A stretch of DNA of 64,000 nt from an uncultured Holophagales bacterium (GTDB taxonomy: Bacteria; Acidobacteriota; Thermoanaerobaculia; Multivoradales; UBA5704). Positions within the stretch are counted from its first letter, which is position 1, and each line of letters begins with the position of its first letter. Where the stretch lies: assembly GCA_963842525.1 (NCBI GenBank), contig CAWJGT010000009.1, positions 256,001 to 320,000 on the forward strand. Direction: 5' to 3'. Both the position numbers and the translations under genes were made by a program. Below are positions 28,837-38,109 of this stretch, in pieces. The notes under the pieces were generated by a model, which had not been told where the DNA came from, did not search any database, and saw nothing but the letters and a program-made list of their open reading frames with translations.

Positions 28837-29802
28837 ATGAATGAACGCATCCTTGTCACAGGAGCCCTTGGACAGATCGGGTCCGAGCTGGTCGCGGCCC
28901 TTCGGCAGCGCTACGGTGCCGAGCAGGTCGTGGCCTCGGACGTGCGGATGCCACCGGCCGTGCGGTGGAAGCCCGAGGACGGTCCCTTCGAGTTCGTCGA
29001 CTGCACCAACCAGCGGCAGATCCAGGAGGCGGTGCGCCACTATGGCGTCCGCACCATCTACCACATGGCAGCGCTCCTCTCGGCGGTGGCCGAGGAGCGG
29101 CCGCAGGTGGCATGGGACGTCAACATGGGGGGGCTCTACCGTGTTCTGGAGGTGGCACGCCAGACGCGCTGCGCCGTCTTCTTCCCCAGCTCGATTGGCG
29201 CCTTCGGCCCCACGACTCCGCCCGACCACACACCCCAGGACACCATCCAGCGCCCGACGACCATGTATGGCGTCACCAAAGTGACGGGTGAGTTGTTGTG
29301 CGATTACTATCATTTGCGCTTCGGCGTCGACACCCGGGGTCTGCGCTTCCCGGGCCTGATCTCCCACGGCGTGCCTCCCGGCGGTGGCACCACCGACTAT
29401 GCCGTCGAGATCTTCTACGAGGCCATCCGCCACCGCCACTACACCTGCTTCCTGCGCCGCAACACCCGTCTCGACATGATGTACATGCCCGACGCCGTCA
29501 AGGCCCTGGTCGATCTGATGGAGGCCGATCCGGACCGCCTGAAGCATCGCAATGCCTTCAACGTGACGGCGATGAACTTCACACCCGAAGAGCTCGCCGC
29601 CGAGATCCGCAAGCACATCCCGGACTTCGTGCTCGACTACCGCGTCGATCCGGTGCGGCAGGCGATCGCGGACTCCTGGCCCGACAGCCTCGACGACTCG
29701 GCGGCCCGCGAGGAGTGGGGCTGGAACCCGGCCTACGACCTCGCCGCCATGACCCGCGACATGCTGGAGAACCTGAGTCGGAAGCTCACGGTCGAAGCCT
29801 AG
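28837..29802 (+). CDS. tdh: SDR-type L-threonine 3-dehydrogenase
   Basis: GALGQIGSEL, AALLSA, YGVTK, PGGGTTDYAV; adjacent to kbl. Confidence 0.88.
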   Translation: MNERILVTGALGQIGSELVAALRQRYGAEQVVASDVRMPPAVRWKPEDGPFEFVDCTNQRQIQEAVRHYGVRTIYHMAALLSAVAEERPQVAWDVNMGGLYRVLEVARQTRCAVFFPSSIGAFGPTTPPDHTPQDTIQRPTTMYGVTKVTGELLCDYYHLRFGVDTRGLRFPGLISHGVPPGGGTTDYAVEIFYEAIRHRHYTCFLRRNTRLDMMYMPDAVKALVDLMEADPDRLKHRNAFNVTAMNFTPEELAAEIRKHIPDFVLDYRVDPVRQAIADSWPDSLDDSAAREEWGWNPAYDLAAMTRDMLENLSRKLTVEA

Positions 29803-29834
29803 ACCGGTCGACCTTTTCACGGAGAACCGCCGCG

Positions 29835-31070
29835 ATGCCGATCGATCGCCTCACCACCGCCCTGGCCGCCGATCTCGACGACCGCCGCAGCCGCGGCATC
29901 CTCAAGGGGGACGAGGCGGTCATCACCCGGGTCCTGTCCGCGAGCGGCGAGCATGGGCCCCGCTATCTGCTGGAGGGGCAAGGCGACAAGCCCTTCCTCA
30001 AGATGAACTCGAACGGCTACCTCGGCATGGCCCTGCGACTCGAGGTGATCGAGGCGGAGGAGGAAGCCTGCCGCGCCTTCGGCACCGGTCCGGGTGCGGT
30101 GCGTTTCATCAGCGGCACCTACAGCACCCACATCGAGCTCGAGCGGCGCCTGGCCGCCTTCCACGGCCGTGAGGCGGCGATGCTGTTCAGCTCCGCCTAT
30201 GCCACCGTGGTCGGCATTCTGGTCCCTCTCATCACCGCCGAAACGGCGTTGGTCTCCGACGAGCTGAACCACAACTGCATCATCAATGCCATGCGCCTCG
30301 CCCGGCCCAAGGAGAAGTACATCTACAAGCACGTCGACATGGGCGATCTGGACGCCAAGCTGGCGCAGGCGGCCGAGTCCGGTGCCCGCCGGGCCATTGT
30401 GGTGACCGACGGCATCTTCTCCATGCGGGGTGCCCATGCCCCCATGCCGAAGATCGTGGAGATCGCCCGCCGCTACGACGACCGTTTTCCCGAGAACGTC
30501 CTGGTGATCATGGATGACTCGCACGGCGTCGGCGCTGTCGGGCGCACCGGCCGCGGTACCGAGGAGCTCACGGGCGCTTCGGGGATCGACCTCCTGGTGG
30601 CCACCCTCGGCAAGGCGCTGGGGGTCAACGGCGGCTATGTGGCCACCAGCCGTCTGATCGTCGAGTTCCTGCGCGAGTCTTCGCCGTTCTACATCTATTC
30701 GAACCCGATAACTCCGGCCGAGGCAGCAGCGGCCACGAAGGCGCTGGAAGTCCTCGACAGCCCGCAGGGCCGCGAGATCCTCGACCACCAGCGGGCCATG
30801 ACCTCGCGCTTCCGGCAGGGTCTGATCGATCTGGGCTTCGAGACCCTCCAGGGCGAGCACCCGGTGGTGCCCCTCTTCGTGCGCGACACGCCGAAGACCG
30901 CCGCCCTGGTCCGCCACCTCAAGGAGAACGGCATTCTCGCCACCGGCCTCAACTTCCCCGTCGTGCCCAAGGGAGACGAGTCCATCCGTTTCCAGGTCTC
31001 GGCCGACCATACGGCGGCGGATATCGACTTCGTGCTGCGGACGCTCGCGGAGTTCCCGGGGCGGGGGTAG
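29835..31070 (+). CDS. kbl: 2-amino-3-ketobutyrate CoA ligase
   Basis: GAVRFISGT, SDELNHNCII, DDSHG, TLGKALG, FPVVPKG. Confidence 0.85.
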   Translation: MPIDRLTTALAADLDDRRSRGILKGDEAVITRVLSASGEHGPRYLLEGQGDKPFLKMNSNGYLGMALRLEVIEAEEEACRAFGTGPGAVRFISGTYSTHIELERRLAAFHGREAAMLFSSAYATVVGILVPLITAETALVSDELNHNCIINAMRLARPKEKYIYKHVDMGDLDAKLAQAAESGARRAIVVTDGIFSMRGAHAPMPKIVEIARRYDDRFPENVLVIMDDSHGVGAVGRTGRGTEELTGASGIDLLVATLGKALGVNGGYVATSRLIVEFLRESSPFYIYSNPITPAEAAAATKALEVLDSPQGREILDHQRAMTSRFRQGLIDLGFETLQGEHPVVPLFVRDTPKTAALVRHLKENGILATGLNFPVVPKGDESIRFQVSADHTAADIDFVLRTLAEFPGRG

Positions 31071-31111
31071 GTCTCGTGGACCCGAAAGGGACCACGCTAT
31101 GCTCTCGCCGG

Positions 31112-31585
31112 ATGAGCGAGAGGCGTCAGCCCAACCTGTATGTCCTGGCCGGCCCGAACGGCGCCGGCAAGAGCACCTTCGCGCGCCTCTTCCTGCCGGA
31201 CTATGCGGACTGCAAGGAGCTCGTCAACGCGGACCTGATCGCTGCCGGCCTGTCTCCGTTCAACCCGGAGAGCCTGGCCCTCCAGGCGGGCCGGCTCATG
31301 CTGGAACGGATCGAGGCTCTCGCGAAGGCGGGAGAGGATTTCGGCTTCGAGACGACCCTGGCGGGGCGGAGCTGGCTGCCTCTCCTGCATCGCCTGCGGC
31401 GGCTCGGTTATCGCCTGCACCTCTTCTTTCTCTGGCTTCCGACTCCGGAGCTGGCAATCGACCGCGTGCAGGAGAGGGTACGGTCCGGCGGCCATTCGAT
31501 CCCCGACGAGGTCGTCCGCCGGCGCTTCGGCCGCGGGCTTCCGGATCTCCTCCAGAGGATCGAAAGAGAGGGGAAGGGAGGATGA
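31112..31585 (+). CDS. Zeta-toxin-like P-loop ATPase (C-terminus appears shortened)
   Basis: AGPNGAGKST, VNADLIA, FETTLAG, RVRSGGHSIP. Confidence 0.8.
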   Translation: MSERRQPNLYVLAGPNGAGKSTFARLFLPDYADCKELVNADLIAAGLSPFNPESLALQAGRLMLERIEALAKAGEDFGFETTLAGRSWLPLLHRLRRLGYRLHLFFLWLPTPELAIDRVQERVRSGGHSIPDEVVRRRFGRGLPDLLQRIEREGKGG

Positions 31586-31794
31586 CAGAGGACATCGAGA
31601 TCGGCGAGAAGGATCTGCCTCTCTGGGTCGCCAAAGCCCGGCGTGCCATCAAGGAGGCGGCGCAGGCCGCCGCCGCCGAGCACTGGCGGGCCGGGCGGCC
31701 GGTCTACATCTGGCGGGACGAGCAGGTGATGGCGCTGTATGGGGATGGAACCTGCATCCCGGCGGAAGAGGCAAAACGGAGAGAGGGCCGATGA
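31582..31794 (+). CDS. Small partner protein of the zeta-like ATPase
   Basis: ATGA-coupled; HWRAGRPVYIWRD motif typical of such partners. Confidence 0.65.
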   Translation: MTEDIEIGEKDLPLWVAKARRAIKEAAQAAAAEHWRAGRPVYIWRDEQVMALYGDGTCIPAEEAKRREGR

Positions 31795-32660
31795 GCCTTC
31801 CTAGCGAGGTCCTCCGGCTGCTGAGTTGCCCGGCTTGTGGAGGGCAGCTCTCCGATGCCGAGTCCGGGCTGGCCTGCCTGGGGCCCTCCAGACACATCTT
31901 TCCGCTCGAAGACGGCTTCCTCACCTTCGCCAAGCCGCCTGTGGGCAAGTACGATCCCGCCTATGCGGCGCGGTACGCGGCTCTCTGGGCCTTCGGATAC
32001 GAGACGCTCCACAGCGGTTTCGACGAATCCCTCTACCGCTCGGTTTCTTCTCTTGCTGCCGAGGCGCTGGCCTCTGCGCCGCGAGAAGGCCCGCGATCGA
32101 TCGTCGACTGCGGCTGCGGCGTGGGAAGGGTGGCGGCGGACTGCGCGGCCCTGGCTCCCGATGGCGTCGTCCTGGGCGTGGATGGCTCGCTCGCCATGCT
32201 CGAGCTGGCAGAACGGATCGTCCACGGCCGCGAGCCCGTGGCTGTGGACCTCTCCGCTTACGGCTTCGGGACTCTCACCATCCCGGCCCGGACACGGGAG
32301 AACGTCCACTTCTTCCGCGCCGACGTGGAGGATCTCCCTGTCGCCGACGGCTGCGCGGACCTCGCTCTGAGCATCAACATCATCGACCGCCTTCCCCACG
32401 GCCCGGACCGTGCCTTCGCCGAGTGCCACCGCATCCTCCGGCCGGGAGGCCATCTGCTCTTCGTCAATCCGCTAAACTGGACGGAAGGAGCGCTGTGGGA
32501 GCAGTACGGCCGGGGGGAAGCGATCGTTCGTCTCCTGGAAGGGCACGGCTTTCGCATCGAAACCTGGTTCGACGGCCTTGCCTACCGGGAGATCCTTGAC
32601 CGCCGGGGCTCGTTCGAAGAGTTCACCACCCTGGTGGTGCTCGCCCGCAAAGGCCGGTGA
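31791..32660 (+). CDS. Class I SAM methyltransferase with N-terminal Trm112-like Zn module
   Basis: LSCPACGG; VDCGCGVG; RILRPGG. Confidence 0.85.
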   Translation: MSLPSEVLRLLSCPACGGQLSDAESGLACLGPSRHIFPLEDGFLTFAKPPVGKYDPAYAARYAALWAFGYETLHSGFDESLYRSVSSLAAEALASAPREGPRSIVDCGCGVGRVAADCAALAPDGVVLGVDGSLAMLELAERIVHGREPVAVDLSAYGFGTLTIPARTRENVHFFRADVEDLPVADGCADLALSINIIDRLPHGPDRAFAECHRILRPGGHLLFVNPLNWTEGALWEQYGRGEAIVRLLEGHGFRIETWFDGLAYREILDRRGSFEEFTTLVVLARKGR

Positions 32661-32743
32661 TACGATGGGGATGTTTCGCGAAGCCGCGAATCCAACCCGC
32701 CGGGTGGTGCCGTAGAGAGAGTTACATGGCAGGGAGGTGCGAC

Positions 32744-33760
32744 ATGGTCCCGGAGGTCCAATCGATCCCGACAGAGCGGCTCCAGATCCGCGAGATCGGG
32801 TCCGGGCGCGCCGCGGCGAGCTTCGCCGAGGATGTACGCCGCGGCCTGACGTCGTCCCCCAAGGTTCTGTTTCCCAAGTACTTCTATGACGCGCTGGGAT
32901 CGAAGCTCTTCGAGGCGATCTGCGAGCTGCCCGAGTACTACGTCACCCGGGCCGAGACGGAGGTCTTCCTCGCGCACGCCCGGGAAATCGCCGGCGCGCT
33001 CGGCAGTCCGGTGCGGATGATCGAGCTGGGGAGCGGCGACGGCCGGAAGACCCGCCTCCTGATCGAGGCGCTGCTCGACCGCCAGGGCGGGCTCGATTAC
33101 GTGCCGATCGACATCTCCCGGCCGGCCATCGAGGAGAGCGGCGAAAAGCTCCTCTTCGCCTATCCTGAGCTGCGGATCGAGGCTTGGGTGGGCGAGTTCG
33201 TCCCCACCTTGCGCGCTCTCGCCCGGAAGGCGCCTGCGCCCGTAGGGACCCGCACGCTGGCGCTCTTCCTCGGCTCGACGCTGGGCAACCTCGAGCCGGA
33301 CGAACGGACCGGCCTCCTGGGCGCCGTCCGCGACCTGCTGCGTCCCGGAGACGGCTTCCTCGTGGGGGTCGACCTCCGGAAGCCGGCGAGCGTCCTGGTG
33401 CCGGCGTACGACGACGCCCTGGGGGTGACCGCGGCGTTCAACCTCAACCTCCTCGGGCGCATCAACCGCGAGCTGGGCGGCGGCTTCGACCTCACCGCCT
33501 TCCGGCACCGGGCGCGCTGGAACGACGAGCTGAGCCGTATCGAGATGCACCTGGAGAGCCTCCGAGACCAGGCTGTGCCCATCCGCGGCCTCGGCCTGGA
33601 GGTCTCCTTTGCGACGGGAGAGACGATCCACACCGAGAGCTCGTACAAGTTCGAGACCGCGCAGATCGAACGGCTGGCGGCGGCAACCGGCTTCGAGCTG
33701 CGCCGGGCCTGGACGGACGGGGAGCGGCGCTTCGGCTCCCACCTGCTTGTGGCAAGATGA
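32744..33760 (+). CDS. egtD: L-histidine N(alpha)-methyltransferase
   Basis: PKYFYD..GS.LFE.I..LPEYY.TR.E, ELGSG, AYDDALGVTAAFNLN, IHTESSYKF. Confidence 0.92.
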   Translation: MVPEVQSIPTERLQIREIGSGRAAASFAEDVRRGLTSSPKVLFPKYFYDALGSKLFEAICELPEYYVTRAETEVFLAHAREIAGALGSPVRMIELGSGDGRKTRLLIEALLDRQGGLDYVPIDISRPAIEESGEKLLFAYPELRIEAWVGEFVPTLRALARKAPAPVGTRTLALFLGSTLGNLEPDERTGLLGAVRDLLRPGDGFLVGVDLRKPASVLVPAYDDALGVTAAFNLNLLGRINRELGGGFDLTAFRHRARWNDELSRIEMHLESLRDQAVPIRGLGLEVSFATGETIHTESSYKFETAQIERLAAATGFELRRAWTDGERRFGSHLLVAR

Positions 33761-33778
33761 CCTCTTCCAGTGGTAGCT

Positions 33779-33807
33779 TTGACAAGAGGGAAAAGACCGC
33801 TTAGGAT
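33779..33807 (+). promoter_or_regulatory. Sigma70 promoter for tRNA-His-hisS
   Basis: TTGACA-17 nt-TAGGAT. Confidence 0.8.
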
Positions 33808-33822
33808 GTCGCCCTCCTCGGG

Positions 33823-33901
33823 GCCGGTGTAGCTCAGCCCGGTTTAGAGCGCCTGACTGTGGATCAGGAGGTCATGGGTTCAAATCCCATCGCCGGTACC
33901 A
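33823..33901 (+). tRNA. tRNA-His(GTG), G1-U72, A73, encoded CCA
   Basis: Cloverleaf: GCCGGTG/CGCCGGT, GCTC/GAGC, CCTGA-CTGTGGA-TCAGG, ATGGG-TTCAAAT-CCCAT, then A-CCA. Confidence 0.97.
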
Positions 33902-33946
33902 TTCCCTTTGTTTACGTAGGGTTAGCCCTTTCGAGGATCTCTTCTG

Positions 33947-35383
33947 ATGGCTGTCGAGCCCCGCCTGTCCCGTGGCCTGCGTGATCTTCTGTCGGACCAG
34001 ATGCTGGCCCGGCAGTGGATGATCGACACGATCCGGGATGTCTACGAGCTGTACGGCTTCGTGCCCCTGGGAACCCCGGCCATCGAGTACCTGGATGTGC
34101 TGCTCGGCTCCTCGGCCGGCGCCGAAGCCCAGCAGTCGATCTTCACCGTCCAGAATCCCGAGAAAGAGGAGCTGGGGCTCCGTTTCGACCTCACGGTCCC
34201 GCTCGCCCGGGTTGTCGCCCAGTACAAGGATCTGCCGCGGCCGTTCCGCCGCTACCAGGTCTCGCCGGTCTGGCGCGGGGACAAGCCGGGGCCGGGCCGT
34301 TTCCGCGAGTTCACCCAGTTCGACCTCGACTCGGTCGGCGTCGAGTCCGAAGTCGCCGACACCGAGATCGTCGCCGGGATGTGCGACACCCTGAGCGCGC
34401 TGCGGGTGGGCCCCTTCCGGGTGCGCTTCTCCAGCCGCGGCATCTTGAACGTCCTGCTCGCCTATGGCGGCATTGCGGCCGATCAGGGGACCGACGTTTT
34501 CCGCGTGCTCGACAAGCTGGACAAGGTAGGCCTGGAGAAGGTCCGCAAGGAGCTGACCGTCGGCTATGTGGACTCGTCCGGCGACGAGATCCGCGGCGTC
34601 GGCCTGACGGATGCGCAGGTGGACAAGATCGAGCGTTTCCTCCAGATCCGTTCGGACGACCGCCGCGAGGTCGTTGCCGAGCTGCGCAGCCTCTTCGCCG
34701 GGGTCGAGGGGGCTGATCGCGAGATCGGCACCGTGAACCGGATCTCCAGCCATCTCTACACACTGGGCTACGGCGAGGACCAGGTCTCTCTCGACCTCTC
34801 GGTCGCCCGCGGCTTGGCCTACTACACCGGGCCGGTCTTCGAGGCGATCCTGCTCGACGCGCCGCAGTTCGGCTCGGTCTTCGGCGGTGGACGTTACGAC
34901 GACCTGGTAATGCGCTTCCTGGGCGAAAAGGTGCCGGCGACCGGCGCCTCGATCGGTGTCGACCGGTTGCTCGCCGCCCTCATCCACCTCGGCCGCGCGG
35001 GGCAGCAGCAGTGCACGGCCAAGATCCTGGTCACCAACATGGACGCCGCCCTGACGGACGACTACCTCGCCATGACCTGGGAGCTGCGGCGGGCGGGCAT
35101 CCCGACCGAGCTCTACCTCGGCTCGGCCAAGGGGGTCGGCAAGCAGCTCAAGTACGCCGACGCCTGGGGAGTGCCGATCGCGCTGCTCTACGGCTCGAAC
35201 GAGAAGGAGCGGGGCGTGGTCACGCTCAAGGACATGGACGTCGGGCGGCAGCGTGCCAAGGCGCTGGAGGACCGCCGGGAGTGGCTCGAAGAGCGGCCCG
35301 GCCAGCGCGAGGTTCCGCGCGCCGAGCTGGTCGCCGCTGTCCGCGAAATGCTGGCCCAGGTCGAAAAGGGATCGGGCTGGTGA
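33947..35383 (+). CDS. hisS: Histidyl-tRNA synthetase (alphaproteobacterial-type)
   Basis: LRFDLTVPLAR, GRFREFTQFDLD, ARGLAYYTG, GGGRYDDL; DSSGD..G.GL insert and EW...RPGQ tail. Confidence 0.95.
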   Translation: MAVEPRLSRGLRDLLSDQMLARQWMIDTIRDVYELYGFVPLGTPAIEYLDVLLGSSAGAEAQQSIFTVQNPEKEELGLRFDLTVPLARVVAQYKDLPRPFRRYQVSPVWRGDKPGPGRFREFTQFDLDSVGVESEVADTEIVAGMCDTLSALRVGPFRVRFSSRGILNVLLAYGGIAADQGTDVFRVLDKLDKVGLEKVRKELTVGYVDSSGDEIRGVGLTDAQVDKIERFLQIRSDDRREVVAELRSLFAGVEGADREIGTVNRISSHLYTLGYGEDQVSLDLSVARGLAYYTGPVFEAILLDAPQFGSVFGGGRYDDLVMRFLGEKVPATGASIGVDRLLAALIHLGRAGQQQCTAKILVTNMDAALTDDYLAMTWELRRAGIPTELYLGSAKGVGKQLKYADAWGVPIALLYGSNEKERGVVTLKDMDVGRQRAKALEDRREWLEERPGQREVPRAELVAAVREMLAQVEKGSGW

Positions 35384-37179
35384 GCGACCCCGACCATCGC
35401 CGGCCCATCGTCCTCGACGGTAGGTCGCTGACGATCGAGGATCTCGTCCGTGTCGCGCGCGACCCGCGGGTCCGCGTCGAGATCGCGGACGAGGCTCTGG
35501 CCCGGCTCCACTCCAGCCGGGACCAGATCGAGCGCCTCGTCGCGAAGTATAAAGATGATTTCGAGAAGCTTGGCCGCGGCGAGGAGGCGCACCCTGTCCT
35601 CGAATACGGCGTCACGACCGGCTTCGGCGAATTCAAAAACATTGCCGTGGCGCCGGCGGATCTCCTGCAACTCCAGCGCAATATCCTGCTCAGCCACAGC
35701 GTGGGCGTGGGGGAGACGGCCGACGAGCTCCATCCTTCCAACTTCTTCGATCCCGAGGTGGTGCGCTCCGCCCTGGTCATCCGTTTGAACGCCTTTCTCA
35801 AGGGGCATTCCGGCGTCTGTCCCGAGCTGGCGCAGGCCGTCCAGGCCATGATCAACCGGGGGATCATCCCCCTGGTGCCGATCCGCGGCTCGGTGGGATC
35901 GAGCGGCGACCTCTGCCCGCTGTCCCACACGTTCGTCGTGCTGCTTGGCGAGAACCGCTGGTTCCTCGTGCGCGAGCCTGCGGACCTGGGATTCAAGCCG
36001 CGCGACCTGCGGAGCGGCCTGGAACAGCTTGCCGAGGACTTGGGCATGGCTGTGCCGCAGCCTTCCTACAAGGAGGGGCTGGCCCTGACCAACGGCGCCA
36101 CCTACTCGGCTGCGCTGCTCGCCCTGGCGGTCCACGACGGGGAGCGCGCGGCCCATGTGGCCGACACCGCCTGCGCTCTGACCCTGGAGGCGGTCTGTGG
36201 CTGTGCCCGGGCCTTCGACCCGCGGGTCCACGAGGCGCGCGGCCACGCGGGCCAGATCGCCTGCGCGGCCAATATCCGTGACTTGCTGAAAGGCAGCAAG
36301 CTGATCGAAAAGGCCGGTGCGGTCCAGGACGTCTACTCCCTGCGCTGCGCGCCGGCCGTCCATGGCGCGGCGCGGGACACTCTCGCCTATGCGCGCAAGG
36401 CCGTCGAAGCCGAGATCAACGCGGCGACGGACAATCCGCTCTTCTTCCCGGCCGACGAAGGCGCGCCCTGGGACCATGAGTTCCGGGACAACTGGCCGGC
36501 CGGCTACTCGGGCGAGCAGCGGATCTCCTATTCGGCGGGGAACTTCCACGGCGAGCCCGTGGGGGTGGCGGCGGACTGCCTGGCAATCGGCCTGGCCGAG
36601 CTGGCCGACATCTCCGAGCGGCGCACCCAGATGCTGCTCGACGCGCACCACAACCGCAACCTGCCGTCGAACCTGGTCCCGCACCGGGGGGTGAGCTCGG
36701 GCTACATGATCGCCCAGTACACCGCGGCGGGCGTGGTCTCCGAGAACAAGATCCTGACCCATCCGGCCTCGGTCGACTCCATCCCCACCTCTGCGAATGC
36801 GGAGGACCACAATGCCATGGCGACCATCGCCTGCCGCAAGCTGCGCACGGTCCTGCGCAACGTGCAGGCCGTTCTGGCCATCGAGCTGCTGGTGGCTGCC
36901 CAGGCCGTCGACTGGCGGGTCGGCATGAGCATCGATCCGTGCACCAACCACGACGCGCGCGAATCGGCCGACGACTGGAAGAGGGCCGAGGAGGAGGCGC
37001 AGAAATTCGCCCACGAGACCGCTCCCGAGAAGCGCGCCGCCATCGCCTCGAAGCTCGGCGAAGGCACTCGTGGCGCCTATCTCCGCATCCGCGAGCTCGT
37101 TCCGCCTCTGCTGACCGACCGCGTCCTGGAGGGAGAGGTTCGGGCGATGCGGGGGTTGGTGGAGGCGGGACTCGGCTGA
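35380..37179 (+). CDS. hutH: Histidine ammonia-lyase-like MIO enzyme (Ser-Ser-Gly triad)
   Basis: YGVTTGFG, LLSH, GSVGSSGDL, KEGLAL.NG, QDVYSLRC, GNFHG; GTGA-coupled to hisS. Confidence 0.8.
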   Translation: MSDPDHRRPIVLDGRSLTIEDLVRVARDPRVRVEIADEALARLHSSRDQIERLVAKYKDDFEKLGRGEEAHPVLEYGVTTGFGEFKNIAVAPADLLQLQRNILLSHSVGVGETADELHPSNFFDPEVVRSALVIRLNAFLKGHSGVCPELAQAVQAMINRGIIPLVPIRGSVGSSGDLCPLSHTFVVLLGENRWFLVREPADLGFKPRDLRSGLEQLAEDLGMAVPQPSYKEGLALTNGATYSAALLALAVHDGERAAHVADTACALTLEAVCGCARAFDPRVHEARGHAGQIACAANIRDLLKGSKLIEKAGAVQDVYSLRCAPAVHGAARDTLAYARKAVEAEINAATDNPLFFPADEGAPWDHEFRDNWPAGYSGEQRISYSAGNFHGEPVGVAADCLAIGLAELADISERRTQMLLDAHHNRNLPSNLVPHRGVSSGYMIAQYTAAGVVSENKILTHPASVDSIPTSANAEDHNAMATIACRKLRTVLRNVQAVLAIELLVAAQAVDWRVGMSIDPCTNHDARESADDWKRAEEEAQKFAHETAPEKRAAIASKLGEGTRGAYLRIRELVPPLLTDRVLEGEVRAMRGLVEAGLG

Positions 37180-37252
37180 TGGGAGGAGCCTGCGTGTGTC
37201 AACCGTCTTGGGAACGCGTCGGAGGCTGTGACCAGATCGACGCCGGGACACC

Positions 37253-37516
37253 TCAAGGCTCGGCTATTCCTACCTTCTCCTGGATCCAAAGGTTGATCAG
37301 CGTTTCTGGGCTCACGCCCCGGGCTTTGGCGATCTCGTTCACCCGCTCGGAGAGGCCGCGCTCAAGAGAGTAGTAGCGCCTCTGGGAACGGATTTCGACC
37401 TCGAGCTCGGCCGGAGTGGTAAGGCCCCAAACCTCTCCCGCATCGTGCTCGTCCCAGTACTCCCCGATTTCCTGATAGGACTGGCCATTCGAGATAGAGG
37501 CTCTATTTCTGCTCAT
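37253..37516 (-). CDS. BrnA/CopG-like antitoxin
   Basis: EIGEYWDEHD; IAKARGVSPETLINLWIQEK ribbon-helix-helix-like tail. Confidence 0.8.
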   Translation of the reverse strand: MSRNRASISNGQSYQEIGEYWDEHDAGEVWGLTTPAELEVEIRSQRRYYSLERGLSERVNEIAKARGVSPETLINLWIQEKVGIAEP

Positions 37517-37784
37517 ATCGTCTTCTCTCCGCCTGGGTCATGCCTCTCGCCGAGACAATCAGGGCTTCGCCGCTCCTCTTGAAAACGAAGAAGACTGCGA
37601 GATGGCGGCCAGCATCGGTCTGCCCGAGGGCGAGGTAAACGTCCTCCGGCCGATGCCCATTCTCGAGGAATCGGAACCGGGGGCGATTCTCGAGGACTTC
37701 CTGGACTTCGGCGTCACTGACATGGTGCTTCCGCCAGAGCTTCTCGACGATCTCCTCCAGCCAGATGATACTCTCGATCTTCAT
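37503..37784 (-). CDS. BrnT-family toxin
   Basis: KLWRKHHVS..EV.EV, ALGQTDAGRHL.VFF, IVSARGMT..ERRRYE. Confidence 0.85.
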   Translation of the reverse strand: MKIESIIWLEEIVEKLWRKHHVSDAEVQEVLENRPRFRFLENGHRPEDVYLALGQTDAGRHLAVFFVFKRSGEALIVSARGMTQAERRRYEQK

Positions 37785-37880
37785 CCTCGCTCCTCCACTT
37801 CCCCCTCCGGCGACTGTACCGCCACGTGCCGGGCGAGTTGGGCGATGATCTCTTCCATCCGGACGATTCTGCCATGGCGC

Positions 37881-37910
37881 TTGACAGCCTCTCGCGCCTC
37901 CTGCTGTAAT
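37881..37910 (+). promoter_or_regulatory. Sigma70 promoter of the aro-his-trp operon
   Basis: TTGACA-18 nt-TGTAAT with extended -10 TG. Confidence 0.7.
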
Positions 37911-37931
37911 CGCGGCCCTGTAGGAATACGG

Positions 37932-38018
37932 ATGATGCGCACGACCGGCCCCCACTTCACTGCTTCCGCCGCGCCCGCCTGGGCTTGGTGGCCGGTCCAT
38001 CACCATTCCGTGATCTAG
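37932..38018 (+). CDS. Leader peptide MMRTTGPHFTASAAPAWAWWPVHHHSVI
   Basis: RBS agga; 3 Trp and 3 consecutive His codons near the stop; lies between promoter and terminator. Confidence 0.85.
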   Translation: MMRTTGPHFTASAAPAWAWWPVHHHSVI

Positions 38019-38075
38019 CCGGGGCGCCGTCCCGGCACGCGAACCCGGGACGAGACAGCCACCGCGCCACATGTC

Positions 38076-38109
38076 ACCTCCTTCCGGGTCCGGAAGGAGG
38101 TTTCGTTTT
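38076..38109 (+). terminator. Attenuator terminator / RBS-sequestering hairpin
   Basis: acctccttccg-ggtc-cggaaggaggt + ttcgtttt; 3' arm carries the AAGGAGG of the TTG start at 38108. Confidence 0.85.

Noticed and set aside
33823-33901. tRNA as an integration site
   Set aside because: No integrase or duplicated tRNA 3' end seen in the window
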